NCBI GenBank assembly: GCA_965645245.1
Contig: OZ287087.1
Coordinates: 1,550,001-1,614,000, forward strand
From: Massalongia carnosa
Taxonomy: Eukaryota
DNA length: 64,000 nucleotides
Direction: 5' to 3'
The position numbers and the translations under genes were made by a program. Positions 49,010 through 62,307 of the stretch are shown here, piece after piece (the stretch's first letter is position 1; each line of letters starts with the position of its first letter). The notes below the pieces were generated by a model. That model made no database searches. It had not been told where the DNA came from and saw only the letters and a list, made by a program, of their open reading frames with translations.

Positions 49010-51689
49010 ATGGACCCAGGCCCCTCCGCTGCAGGCCCCGCTGTCGCAGATCCGGAGACGGCGGCGCCTCTTTCTTGGCCTCCTCCTGAGGCTTACGTTG
49101 ATGTCGACGCCGTCAAGCGTGAGTCTCAGGCCTATGCCACCCACGGCAACAACGAGGCCGCCATGGCCGCCACCATGAGGCGCGTCCGCGGGGATGCGGG
49201 AGGAGGATCGGAGGGCCAACACCCTTAAGACGTACCGCAAGTGCTGGCATCTGTGGGAGGTGACTACGATAGGTATGCACTGCAAATTTGGGCCTACGCT
49301 AACATCCTACAGAAGTGGTGCCGACGTCGCAATTTTCCTGACGGCGTCCTTGTGTGGGAGCGAAAGATGCTCTTCTTTCTCGAAGAGGTCCTCCTCCGCC
49401 TGCGCTTCGTCCCACGTCCCAAGCTCACAGGCGCAGCAGCGCAGGCCAGGCGGCGGGATCAGAATCGCCAACGGCAGGCTTAGCGCCGCGCGTTGAAGAG
49501 GGGGAAGGGGAAGGCGATGGAGGCGGTGGAAGCCTCGCCAGCGGTAGAGGGAGAGGAGGTGGAGGAGGTGGAAAATTTCGAGGAAATCTCCGACGGCGAG
49601 GAGCTCGTTGAGACGGTGAGTCGCCCCCTGAACTCGAATTCAGGGATAGAATCATCTTTTTGTAGCTTACTGACTCGGCTTGCAGTAAGCCGACGACCCT
49701 TTATCCCGGCCCCTGGCGCCCGATAGCGTGGAATCGGGCTACGTCTCTGCCCTCCGCGCCCTCTTCGATGACCAGCATCTCGAAGAGAATTTGGTGGTGC
49801 CCCATCCCAAAGGGAAGGCCACCAAAGCCCTGATGACGCGCTTACGCATCGATTGGAGCGCTTTCAAGCGGGCCTCGTTCGAGGATCGCGCGATCCACGG
49901 CCTCACCGACGGCTACACGACTGAACAGGCCGCTCAATTGTCGGCAATGCTGCTCGCCGGGGCAAGGTTTGGGGGGAGGAGGGCGTGGCGGGCGGCGAGT
50001 GGCACCTCCTGCGGACTCGCCTCGATTTCCTCCCAATGCATTCGATGATGCTGCGGGGGAGTCAACGCGGAGGGCTGAGCTACCTGACCTCTGCGCCTAC
50101 GACCTCCCTAACGAGGGCCCCGAATGCCTTGCGTTGATCCTTCGAATTGGCCAGGGCAAGAGCATTCCTCTGGCGGACGGGGGCAACTCGCGCCGCCAGC
50201 ATTACCATGGTGCTTTGCGGAGCAGAGATGTCGTCCTCTGTCCTCTCGGCGCCCTCGCCCACTGGCTCGTCTTGCGCTGGGACCTCCTCCTGGAGAAGCG
50301 GCCGGACTTCCGGGATCGATCTTCGTGGTATTTCACGAAGGTCATCTCCGGGAGCCTGGCGCGATTTATGGAGGAGATCTCCGACAAAACACAGGCCCGA
50401 TGGATTAAGCCGGCTTTGGATGCTGTCGGCGTCGACAGCTCCAAGACGGTCCACACCATGCGGCAGTCCTCGTCACGGCTGGCCGACATGTTGGAGGTCC
50501 CCGCGGACCAAGTAAGTACTCTACGATTCATGGCCCCTTATACTTGCTAGCATTACCCTTATACCAACTACTACAGATCATGAGAGCAGGCGGATGGCCC
50601 TGCAGCGGCAGGTGTGGCCTTGGGTGGATGATGCTCTGGCAGCGTACAAAGGCGGTCTTTTTCCTGATGTGGATAAGGCAGGGAAGAAGGTTCTGCAGAT
50701 GTTGCTGCGGCTGCGATGTCTTCCTGCAAGACGCGGCGCTTCTACAGTCTCACTTTCCTGAGCTTTCGCTCTGGAGACAACAAGTCTTCAGAGATCCCCT
50801 TTGGCCTGCGTTCGTGGCGAAGATACGGGAGTTGGAGGCTGTAGAAAAGGAACCTTTGCACGTGGCCATCCACGGCGTGCTGCCTCTTGTTGCTGACTCC
50901 GTTGATGGCGTCAGTAACAAGGTCAGCGGTGTTGCGATCAAGCAAGATCGCACGCTCAACGCTGTGGAGAGGTTACTCTCCGGGCAGAGCCAGCTGACGA
51001 CCACCTTGAGTGCGCTGTCGGTGGCAAATGTCCAGGAGATAGCTCGAATCCTGGGTCCGCAGCTCTCACAGTTGCAGGCTACGGTCTCGACGCTACCTCG
51101 ATCCTTTCTGACGGTTCCTGTGGAGGCTGTTCGGAGGGACTGGCTGCTGGACGAGGCTTCTTGGCGAGGGTAGGCGACTGCTCTTGCGACGGCGGTGCAT
51201 TCCGTTGGTGAAGAGCCTGCTGCGTCGGCGTCCTCGTACGTCGACGCAGTCGCTTCTCTCCTTCCTGCACCTTCTGTCGTCCTCACTTCCGTCCCCGGAG
51301 AGGCGTCTACGGTCTCTGCGCCCTGTGGCTCCCTCCCCCAAGAGGGGCCGCCTCAACATCCTCCTGGCTGCCCGGCGGAGCCTATTCTCGGCGGCGTGAC
51401 CTCGGCGGAAGCGGTGTTGGAGGAATTCGCGGGGGGGACGTTGGTGGAGAGGGTCCGGCGTACGTCTCTCGACGAGTTGTACCGCCTCTTCGGGGCTAAG
51501 TGGAGGTGCACTCCTGCCCTGAGGCAGCGGTTCTACGTCAAGAGACGGATCCGTCGGTACCTTCAGGGAAAGGCGAATGAGCAGAGGAGGGATCCGTGGG
51601 ATATTGCGCGGGAAGTTGACAGTTTGGGGCTCTCTGAACATCAGATCTCTAAGCGTATTGACGCTGAAGTGGATCTGCTTCGTAGATAG
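49010..51689 (+). pseudogene. CryptonF-type tyrosine recombinase (NDC10-II-like) with GCR1_C-like C-terminus
   Basis: NTLKTY, FEDRA..DGYT, LRGE, GQGKS, LCPLGALA, RSSWY, HTMR, RAGGW, FLQDAA, LFGAKWR; introns ~49260-49311, 49616-49685, 50512-50576; frameshifts; catalytic Tyr segment apparently deleted. Confidence 0.85.
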
Positions 51690-52397
51690 GCCAATGGTAC
51701 ATCTCTTTCTCTCTACGAATACTAGCCATGGAGGTCTGTAACACCGTTCCTACTAAGAAGCGATCACTCGTAATGTGCCCGTAGTACCTCCTTCTCGTTC
51801 CTGTGACTGGGTGGGACATCTTGTGACAAAGCGTGCAACTACACCACGTATCGCGCTATCAGCGCTACGTTAATTCTACTCGGGGTAAGATGCTTCTTCT
51901 ATTTAGAGGAAGCTCTTTCCAGCAAACCCAGTTTCATAATTCTAGCAAAACCCTTTTGTGGTTCGATTGCGAAGCGCAAATGTCGACTTTCGCAACGACC
52001 GCACGGCGATCCTACACTTCACAGCATATCAAATTAGACAATTCAGGCACGGGTCTACTCGTTGAAGGATGCTCTATTTGACGGTTTAAATTGCTTCAAA
52101 ATAAAAACCTTTCTCGCTGCGCGAGACTACAACTTCGGGCTACTAAAGCTATTTGGCGTGACAAGAAGGATTTAGGATTTTAAACGCCGCTAAGTATCAC
52201 GGGCGAACAACGCGCGCCTTCAGTACGTTGGTCCAGTAGCTTCAATTCGGTGATCAGGACCATTGGTCGAGTAACTAAAATTGACATATGTTACTCAAAT
52301 TTTTCACCGTATCACCTATCTTTCATCACTAAGTCAGCGCCCAGCTTATTGACTCACACCAAGCCAAGCCAATCGACCCACCAAAGGAGTTTCCGAC

Positions 52398-55008
52398 ATG
52401 AGCGAGCTCTCTGTCAATGATATTCGCGTCATATCAAGTTATGCGATCGGTGGAGCGCTCGAATCTTTTCGACAGTTGTTTCACTCCACTTGCGACAAAC
52501 TCGGCGTTGCCAACTCCTCAGAGAGTATCAAGAGCGTTGTCTCAAGCGAAGGTATTGTCTGACCCGACCGTTTGTGTTGATTCTTATTAACAGATGCAGA
52601 TGGCAGGGATCTGGCGCGTCGACTTATCTATGCAATCCAAGGTCAAGATGCGGCCTATCAACTTCCCTCCAGACACGAGGGTGGAACTCTATTCGATGAT
52701 CTTCTATGGGTTCAAATTAATTACGATCAGTTGGATGTCAAGTCTGTCACCCCTGTCTTGAACTCTGTCATCAGAGAAGTCAAAGATGAAGAAATCTGGC
52801 TTGCTGTATACGCTCTAATTGCACAAACAAAGCCGACCCACCCACCAACTACTCCTTCACCTTCGGGCCCTAACTTCGCTTCAGCTTTCAAGAACACATC
52901 AAACTATTTCAACTCTGGTCTGGTGGCTTTCAAAACAGATCTGAGCCTGTTGAAATGATGAGGAATGTGCTCAGGTGGGAGCTCAAGTCGAATCTTGAGC
53001 TCGACCATCCCGATTTCATAGCCACATACCTTGCTGAAATCCCACAAGTCGACGATGCAGCAACTGCCGTCTTCAAGAAGTGTTGCGATGGAAAGGACCC
53101 CTTTTACACGACTGGCTACGGATGGCGTGGTTGGGAAGACGGTGATGAAAACGGCGTCCAGCGGTCGCTTGAGGGATGCGTCAGCAAATTTATGAAGTTT
53201 CTTGAGGAGGCCAGCATCGAGCCACCAAGCCAACGCCGGTTCGTGCCATCACCCAATACCCCCGTCCCGGGAGCTGTGAAACGGAAGCCTGACCTGTGTG
53301 TCGCCACATTTGCTGGAGAAAGCATCGGTGTGCCCGCCAAGCCGAACAAACAGATAGCTTCTTGGCGTCAGGTACTTGTTGCCATTGAACTCAAATCTTC
53401 TGGACAGGACGGTTTGGAGAAGACATGGTCAGATGTCATGAAATTCGCACGAGAAATCTTCAGACACCAAGATTCCCGCCGGTTTGTCCTTGGACTCACC
53501 CTATGTGGATCCACCATGCGGCTTTGGGAATTTGATCGACTGGGCGCCACGACTTCAGTGGCATTTGATATCCATAAAAATGGCCCTTTCTTTGTGAAGA
53601 CCTTACTCAGCTTCCTCTGGATGAACGATGGACAGTTGGGCTTCGATCCGGACTTGATGGAGGTAGACGGTCAACGATTCGTCAAGATTAATAGAGACGG
53701 CAAAGACGAGCGACTGATCATCACCGAAACGCTGAGAGCTCATGCAGCGTGCATAGCCGGCCGAGCGACGACTTGCTGGAAGGCATACCGTGAGGGAGAT
53801 GACTCCAAGAAGCCACTTGTAGTCAAAGACTCTTGGCAATACTTCAATCGACCAGAGGAAGGCGAGCTTATTCGCAAAGCCACTGCCGCAGGTGTTACTA
53901 ACATCTCTCAATACTACCACCATGTAACGGTCTTGTTCAACAAAAAAGAAGACTTTATTCGCTCAAATGTTCGAAATGGCATGTCGACTGAAGCTGGTAG
54001 CAACCTGTTCACACAACCCGGTTTCTTTTCACCTGAAACTACCACATCCAGCAAAGCTTCCGGTTTCCCTTTAGTGGTTAAATCTAGTCAAGGTTCCGCT
54101 TCCCCGGTGCTGGCTAGATCCTGCCGAGCGCCTGAACTAACCAAGACTCAATGTGTGAATTCGCTTGGCTCAGCAAGCCAACAAAGCCAGACGTCCCGAA
54201 AGAGGCCATTAAGTCAGATTGAGGCACTAGAACCAGCACGCAAGCGCTCATGATCAATCATGACTGCTAGAGAGGGCGACAATGGATCGACGAACGACAA
54301 AGTCCGTCGTCGCATCATAACTCAGAGTCCTGGTAAACCGCTTCGTGAGGCGAACTGTCCTGCAGCGATAATGACAGGGCTACTTGGAGGCATCAAAGGT
54401 GAGCTAATCAATTGATTTGTTCATATGTGTAGCTAACGAGTGCAGGGCACGAGTCTCTCTACCAGGCTGATATACTCCACCGCGATATATCACTTGGAAA
54501 TATCCTCCTTAAGGACGATGAAAGTGATGGGTTCCTGATCGACCTTGACCTTGCTGTGGACATCACCCGGCTGGAGGCGTCTGGAGCTCCGGGAATGACC
54601 GGCACCAAAGTCTTCATGGCCATCGGTGCCCTTGATGGCGATCCACATAGCTTCATGCATGATCTCGAATCGTTCTTCTGGGTGCTTCTCTGGATCTGCA
54701 TTCACTACACCGGGCCAGGTAAGGAACTTCATGACGTTGCCGACTTCATGGACTGGAATTATGACTCTACCGTGAATCTTGTATATTTGAAAAGAGGTCT
54801 AGTATCTGAAGAAAAAGCTTTTGATAAGATGATGTCGGTCTGTGTTACAGGTTATTGTAAGGACTTGGTGCCCTGTGTTAAAGAGCTGTTGGAGATCATC
54901 TTTCCTGGAGAGAAGCAGTGGAAAACAGAGGATAGGAGCCTTTATACCCAGATGAAGGCGGTGATTGAGAAGGCACGAGACAACCTTATCACGGAAGGGA
55001 CAGTGTAA
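52398..55008 (+). pseudogene. FunK1 (Pkinase_fungal) kinase with frameshift and stop
   Basis: KRKPD, IELKS, QDSRRFVLGLTLCG, FDRLG, GRATTCW, VKDSW, HRDISLGNI, LIDLD, TGTKVFMAI, HDLESFFWV; introns 52552-52593 and 54399-54445; TGA at 54251. Confidence 0.9.
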
Positions 55009-55187
55009 ATCAAGCCTTGTTAGCATCAATGCTAGCTGCGTTCGCTACGTTTAGTTGATCTCTATTCTCACGTTCTTCCATGACTTGAGCTACGTGGCGA
55101 AAAGTACTTCAGGTATCTGTATGGCTTAAAAATAGTGACAGCTGTGCCTCGAGAACCTCCAAGCATGCAAGACATAAAAATTTATTC

Positions 55188-55272
55188 ATGATCATTGGCG
55201 CCCTTGATGGCGATCCACGCAGCTTTCTGCATGATCTAGAGCCCTCCTGGGTGCTGTTCTGGATCTGCATGC
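55188..55272 (+). repeat. Degenerate partial duplicate of the kinase segment at ~54616-54700
   Basis: GCCCTTGATGGCGATCCAC..GCATGATCT..CTGGGTGCT..TCTGGATCTGCAT recurs. Confidence 0.8.
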
Positions 55273-55699
55273 ATGCATTATACAGACCTCGTCAAGAAAG
55301 ACGAGCCTTAATCCAAGTTCAAACAATAGAACTACGACTCTTGTGAGTAGGTTTGCAATATTTAATGATAAATTTTTGAAAGCTCGAAGCGCGTGACGTG
55401 GTCGAAGAGAAAATCACTGTTCCCGCACAACATCCGTTCTCAGAAGCTCTACAGAGTAGGGTTGAGCTTTTCCAAGAAATCCGAAAAAAGTCGAAATATT
55501 CCTGCAACACGGACGGTCTTACAAGAGAATTGATTCTCATAAAAAGTCATTCTGACCGAGAATCTTGTTTTTTTTTTGGTAAATCGGCGTTTCTTAAATG
55601 CCCTCGATTAGGGAAAGATAACGAGGTGCTCATGATATATTCGGGTTTTCTGTGCTGTACCAATTTTACATCGACATTCGGGTTTATCAGATCAATTTT

Positions 55700-56395
55700 T
55701 TTAGACCTTTAATCGTCGGCCTCGCTTAGCTGCCTCCATACGAGCGTAGTTTCAATTTCCTAAATTCAACCATTTTACCACCTATTTTGCAGCTTTTTGC
55801 AACACTTCTCGACCGCAACCTACGACCGTTAGCTGTTATTATTCATACCATAGATAGACATCAACTGCACATCCTAACTGCTCATTTATCAACCGGGAAT
55901 GCATTATATTTTCCAATTTCACCAGTTTAATCGCCTATTTACAACTCATTTGCTACGCCGTCTCATCATGATTTGCAACCTCCATTTGCTTTATTTTCAA
56001 CCTCATTTGCAAATATTGATAATAAGTAGATATATATCAATTGCGCGTTCTAATAGTAACTCCTAGTATGACGATAGCCTGCTTGATAAAACTTAAACTG
56101 CTCATCCTCATCACCCTCATCACCCTCATCACCCTCAATGTTGAACTCTGCAAGGACATCTTGGATAGCCTTATCATGCCAATACTTATAGGGTTGAAAT
56201 ACGCCTACATCAAGGGGTTGCATACAGTGAGTCAGATGTGGTATCAGGAGGAGAGGGCGAATGTGATTTTCATTGGCAAGCTTTATAAACTCAGGGGTGC
56301 AATGAGTCCCATGATTATCCATGAGCATCAATTTCCACTGCTTTGTAGGCCCCGAGTTTGTATTCGCAATGAAGTTTCCGCACCGAGTCCTTAAT
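55700..56395 (-). pseudogene. pogo/Fot1 DDE transposase remnant, internally deleted
   Basis: WKLMLMDNHGTH..HLTHCMQPLDVGVFQPYK. Confidence 0.8.
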
Positions 56396-58879
56396 AGGTG
56401 TATGCATATTTGTTCCTTGTGTTCGTCTTGTCTATCTAGTATAGTCATAGCTAGCAATGCCACCACCTTCACCACCTGAATAGGCCCCCCCGTTGCCGCC
56501 TCGTCACAGAAGACGCTACTCATAGATAATTCTAAAAATTGATACTCGTTAAATGCAGAGCGCCATCCAGCTAACGTCAAGACACATGACTCCTCACCCC
56601 CACTAGACACGACACGTTTCTGTCGTGACCGTAGGTGTTGCACTCGACGTGTGGGCACTTGAGATTCTCCTAATCGTTCTTCAGAGCATCTGTAACGCAC
56701 AGGGCTGGGCTTTGAGTGCCTTCGCCTTGAGAGGTATTCCCGTCGTCAGTAAGCAACTCGGACGATTGATATTCTTCGGTATGTGAAAACGCGCTCTGAA
56801 GCTCTACCATTAATTTCCGAACGCGATGGACGTACTTGTCTCATCCTGCGCTAGCAAAACTAACGTGATCGGCAATGCAAACTTCTCTAGAACATCGAAA
56901 ATCGTGAATAGCGCTTTGTCATGATTCAGTTCAGCTTTTCAGTAAATATCTAAGCCTTCGTTCGATTTTCAGAGGGATTCGATGTTAAGGACAGAAGCCA
57001 AAAGCTGAAATATCTTCTGACCCTTCGAGACATCAGGTAGCACGGATACTAGATAAATCTTAGCACTCAGCTTTATCTCTTAGGGAGATTCATGTAACAT
57101 AAGTAAGTCGGCGCTAATTCGGAAGTACTATGTAGGCTGATACTAACATTTGTACCAGTGTCAAAACGCTGATCAAAGAAACTAAGATTTGAGCGTGGCA
57201 AATTTCTTGTGCGAGGTACACTTTCCGTATTTCGCATTTCGCACCAGGATTCTCTAAGTTTCAAAACGCTTAACGCCATCCTTTGTAGGAGCTGCGTGGC
57301 TTGTTTCTCTCCCTCTCTTCACTCTGCCTTGTCTCTTCTTCTCTCATCCTCTCTCATCCTCTCTCGTCTTATCCTCCCACCCCCCTAAAAATATCAACTC
57401 TCCCACGCCGTCGTATCCTAACTTCTCAATGTAGTCAACAGGCACTGAGATGCAACCATGATTCTTGTCCAAATCCAGAAGCTGATCCTTATTTTGTTTC
57501 ATTGAGCTCGCTCTTGGGTTTGAAGAGTATCAAAGCTGAGAACTGTGCTCGACATGGTTGATATGATATGCGGTGGTCGAGAAGTGAATCATGATGACTG
57601 CAGAGCGACTGCGGGCCGATTGAGCTGATTGCAAAGCGAATGAAAGGTACCGAAATCTTTATTCTGAGTAGCAGGTGTTCGTAGTCCTTCACTTGTTCGA
57701 CATCCTGTTGACTGATGTGTTGTCGCAGGTGAATCGATATCATAACATGGCTCAGGAATGACAAACCATGTGGCTGTTGCGAATGTAGCTGGGGCCGGAC
57801 GGAGCAGATAAAACGGACGGAGCAGATGACGCAGACTGAACAATTGAAATCGCAGGAGAGATAGGTGAGCTAGGCTGAGCAGCCTATGAGAGAGCGTGTC
57901 AGGGCGAATGAGACGAATTCATAAGATGACTAGAAAGGTGCAGTTGCTGCGAATGAGACAGCTGAAGTTTCTAGTATGTTCACGATGCGACACACTGTAC
58001 TAACGTTAGTATGAAAAGATTTATACACAAGGTATCTTTATGTGATCTTTCTTTCATGAGAAAGCTATGTGTGTAGGGCAGTATTGAATGTGATGCAGAA
58101 AGTAGTGCAACCTGCTTGTTAGCTTGGTAGGCGTTGAAGCCAGGCAGAAAGGCGTAAAGAGCGACGAAGTTCTTCATCTCCCATATCGGGACCTACTTAA
58201 CTTTTCCAGCTCCTGATTCAGGAGCTGAAAAGCACTCGTCACACATAGCTGATCAACAGGAGAAACAGGACTATCAACGACAGAGTCTAGACCCTTCGCT
58301 CATCTTCTGAAATAGCTGCCTTCTCTTGCCATGTTTCAATCAGATGTGAAGCTCGTCGACTGACGATCAAGAAGGAATTCGTGTCATGCATAATATGAAC
58401 CTCAACGACAAATAATTGTTCAGTTGAATTGTCGAAATGAAGGATAGCTTTTCTTCACATCGAACTCTCTGACGTGATATGATCAAGGGCAAATGCGCAT
58501 TTGCGTCTGATATTGAAATCGATTGTCTTTCAATCTGAAGTCTTGTTGTCTTGCTTCATCTCAGAGCCGCATTCGTTGCGTATAACTGAATATGGACTGT
58601 TTTCCATCTCTCTCTTCATGTCATCGGCCTGAGCCGGTCACAAGGCTTGTCATCTGTTTGAAGGGCGATAGACATTTTCTGTTGTACAAGCATCAATAAG
58701 TGTCAGAAGTTCAGCCATCACGGTACGAGCAAATGAGACAGATCAAGCATAAGTGAAGTTTTCTAACAGGATCTCTAGATACTCTGTCGCTTCTCAAGAC
58801 GACGTATCATTGTGAAGGAGATCGTCACCGAAACCCGATAAACAATGAAGAAGCTTCTCTCAACTGGGCCATTGCATTT

Positions 58880-61800
58880 TTACCCACCAGACAACATTTT
58901 TGCAATCTTGTCATGTCCATTTTTCTTGGCCACCGACAGCGGAGTTTTTCCATCTATATCTTCGAGAGTACGATCTGCCCCTGCTGTCAGCAATAGTCTC
59001 ACGATATTTTCGTTACCTTCTGCTGCTGCCCAAAAGATAGGAGGCTGCCCATATATACTCTTCGTATTGATGTCGACAATTTTACTACGAAGTAGTAGTT
59101 GAACTACTCTAAGGTGGCCATTTGCTGCGGAAATCCAAAGTGGAGACACATGCCGAGAATTTTTTAGATCAGGTTTGACCCCTTCTGCTAGTATTTTCTG
59201 GATTGTATCCGCCTTTCCAAATTTTGCTGCGTTATAAAACTGGGCGATCGACCATTCTTCTTTGGAAGGGGAGATCTTAAACTTTTCTTCGATTGTTTTT
59301 AAGACCCTATCTTGCCCGCATGTCACAGCTGCCTTCACCACCTCTTCCGTAATCATCATATCTGCCCCGCGCTGCTCAAGCAAGAGCGTCATCACCTCTT
59401 TCCCATTCCTGGAATTTCCCGCCGCTGCCTTCACCACCTCTTCTGATATTATCGTAAGCTTATTTTTCAGCAAGATTGAAACTACATCACAACTACCATA
59501 TTTAACAGCAATTTCCAAAGATGTCCGACTCTGAGTGTTCACTATGTTGTCTCCGAAATTTGCCCGGATTCTAGCAATTTCCTGGAAATCAAAACAGGAG
59601 GCAACAAAGAGAGCTCTGCCCTCTTTAGCGCTAGTGTCTTTAAATTTATCCCTTAGTTCCATTTCAATCGAGTAATCGTAAAGCCGTTCCTTAATCAGGC
59701 TAGCCCATACAGCAATAGCGGATCCTGAGTCCGATTCGTTGGAGAGAAAATGACAAAGGAGGTCGTTAAGCACATCGGCAGTCCTTTGTTTAGCAGCTAG
59801 CTGACAATGCGGAGCCCAGTAGACATTTGAGTAGTGTCTAAGGTCATGTGAAAGAGTTGAGTTTAATGAATCTTGTCCGTATTTAGAAAGAAGTCTTTTT
59901 GTTGTTGGGTTGTCGGCAGCACTTAGTACGTCTAAGAGACATGTCTCAGCAGCCAGGGCGTTTGTCGCTTCTCTAGTATATTCTGGCCGCTTCTCCAAAA
60001 ATTCTCTCACCGACAGATGGGCAAATCGAAACGTATCGAGTGTTGAATCGAAAACAACCATGTTAGAGCACATCTCCAAAATATGCTTTTTCGTCAGCTG
60101 GTGGAACTGTCGCCGTGGGGTCGTTGACATTGCCGCGAGAAATTCTCTAGATGTCAGCTTTCTCTGGGCGCAGAGGAGCCAGCTGAAAGCGTTGATAGTC
60201 ACTTCGCGATCGGCGTTTGCTGAGGTTTTGGTCAACTTCTCGTATAGCTCAAGATAAAGGTCTTCCAGATTTGGTGGCAGTTGCCCGAGCCTTTCCCGAA
60301 TAGCTTCATCAGTCCGAGCGCTGCATAAGCTTTGCAGTTGGAGGCTAGCCCACCGGAACCTGGTGATCACATTAGTGGGGCATAAATATGGCTCGCATTG
60401 CTGGACAGTACTGACATCCCATCAGCGTTTTTTGTGACCTGTTCAATAATCTCGATCTTCAACTTCTCCTTGTTGGTGCTTAAAGCTAGTAGCCTCTTCC
60501 TCTTGATAAGGTTGTCGGTCTCAGCGGTAATAAACGACGAGATATCATCCTTGTTCATTTCAGATGAGAGCTCAAGATTAGGGTAGTCTCGCAAATACAA
60601 AACAATATCTTGATCATCTCGACTCGACACAAAGATCTTTACCATGCTTGAGGACTCTTGAAGAATTGATTCTAAGGTTTCCAAAAGAACTGTCCGTCTC
60701 TCTGGGTCGCACTCGTCAAGCGCATCGATCACAATGGTTGTTAATGGATAATACTCGGCAAGCTGGAGGATTAGTAGACGACTCTCACCTATACCTAATG
60801 ATTCCGAGGCGAATCCCTCCATCTCTCGTTTCTTGTAGGCTGCCACCGTTGGAGGGAGTAGAGGGTGTCCCGGTTGAAGACTAGACAATTGCCGTGCGAT
60901 AGTCGCTACGATTGCATCAGGGTTTGAACGCGCAGGTTCAGCGGTGTTTCGTGAACAGTAGAAAAAGACTGGAGCTGGGCTTTGGCCATTATCGAAGGCT
61001 TTTTTGGCATCTTCAATCACAATAGATCTATGTTAACCGTAAGCATTTATCTTTCCAAGATAGCTGTACAGTACTCACACCAGCTTGCTCTTCCCAGAAC
61101 CTGGAATCCCATGAAGCCACAAGATAGAAGATACACTTTCTTTCTTCTACCTGTTGAAAACTGGATCCGAAAGCAGCCATTGTCCAGTACCCTGTAACAC
61201 TTCTTCCTTGCTCTGATTATGATGTTGCCTATATGGTTCGGGGGACATCCAGTGTAGAATCTTATTTCTCTTTGATACTAAGGCTCATGAGTTGAGGCTC
61301 TGATGTTGATTTTTACAACTTACGCTCAAAATCATCTTTAATGTTTACTAAATCCGCACTCATTCGTTTTATTGGGCCATCGATACGCTCGAGAAGTCTT
61401 TTCAAGTCCATGCGTTGATTTATTTGTTCTAGGTTCATTAGTAAAGAATTCAGAAAATAGAAGTCCTATCGAGCAAGCTTACCTTGCATTCCAACCACAC
61501 AGGAACAACGATCAACGGTCTCTTGAGCGGTAGCAATGGCACCAAAGAATGACTCAATGTCTGACTTTGCCAGAAGTCCGCTCTTCAATCTACGCACTGT
61601 AAATGCCATCAATATATATTCTGTTATTGAAATGCCAAACTAACTTGTGGAGTCCTGTTCAAAGTAGCTCTTCACCTTCGATAAATAGATCATAATCGCT
61701 GCATAAAACCTAACTAGAGCTCTCCAAAGTTCAGCAGCAGCAGCAGCGAATGGGTACTGCAGGTAGACGTCCTCGAATACAGCATATCGACAAATGATTT

Positions 61801-62307
61801 CCCCAATCGAAGCCGCACTTTCGACCACGAAAGCATATTTATCGGAATCATTGACGGCAATCTATAGAGGTTTTAGTAATATCTTTCGCTATTTTCAACA
61901 TCACAAACCTGCAGGAGAAATCGAATACCAGCCCAAGGAAGCGCAGCATGAACCGGATCATACTGAACAGCAATGTCCCCGACTTGCTTAAAAAGATCAA
62001 TCCACTTGACGATCTTGCCAAATAGGTCCACGAAGATGACCGTCTCTCCACTCGTTCTCGTGTATCGCCATTTTTTCTTGATACACTCTTTCTTTGCCTT
62101 CTTGGTAACTTGGTGTAGATCAGACAAGATGTCAAGCTTGTTGGAGCGGTCAAAGTCTATGTTTTTTTGGTCTTCCTTACTCATCTCAGCCTTCGAACTT
62201 GCCCAAAGGTCATTTCTTCAGCAAAGGCGCAAAGTCAGCAGAGCCTTGTCGCAAACGAGGGTTAGGTGTACTTACGTGGTCGGCCGTGCGACCTGTGTTG
62301 ATGTCAT
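58880..62307 (-). pseudogene. Fungal NLR: helical N-terminal domain, NACHT, EEVVKAA-type repeats and ankyrin repeats; one in-frame TAG
   Basis: HAALPWAGIRFLLQ, GTGQWLL, Walker A GIPGSGKS, Walker B VIDALDEC, FVSSR, GM/FRWASLQL, AHLSVREFL, ankyrins; about 7 introns; stop at 61149-61147. Confidence 0.9.

Noticed and set aside
49010..51689. Starship captain (DUF3435)
   Set aside because: Motifs and the GCR1_C-like tail match CryptonF/NDC10-like recombinases instead.
56400..58800. Possible decayed gene(s) between the pogo remnant and the NLR
   Set aside because: Only short ORFs with no motif I can recognise; needs BLASTX.
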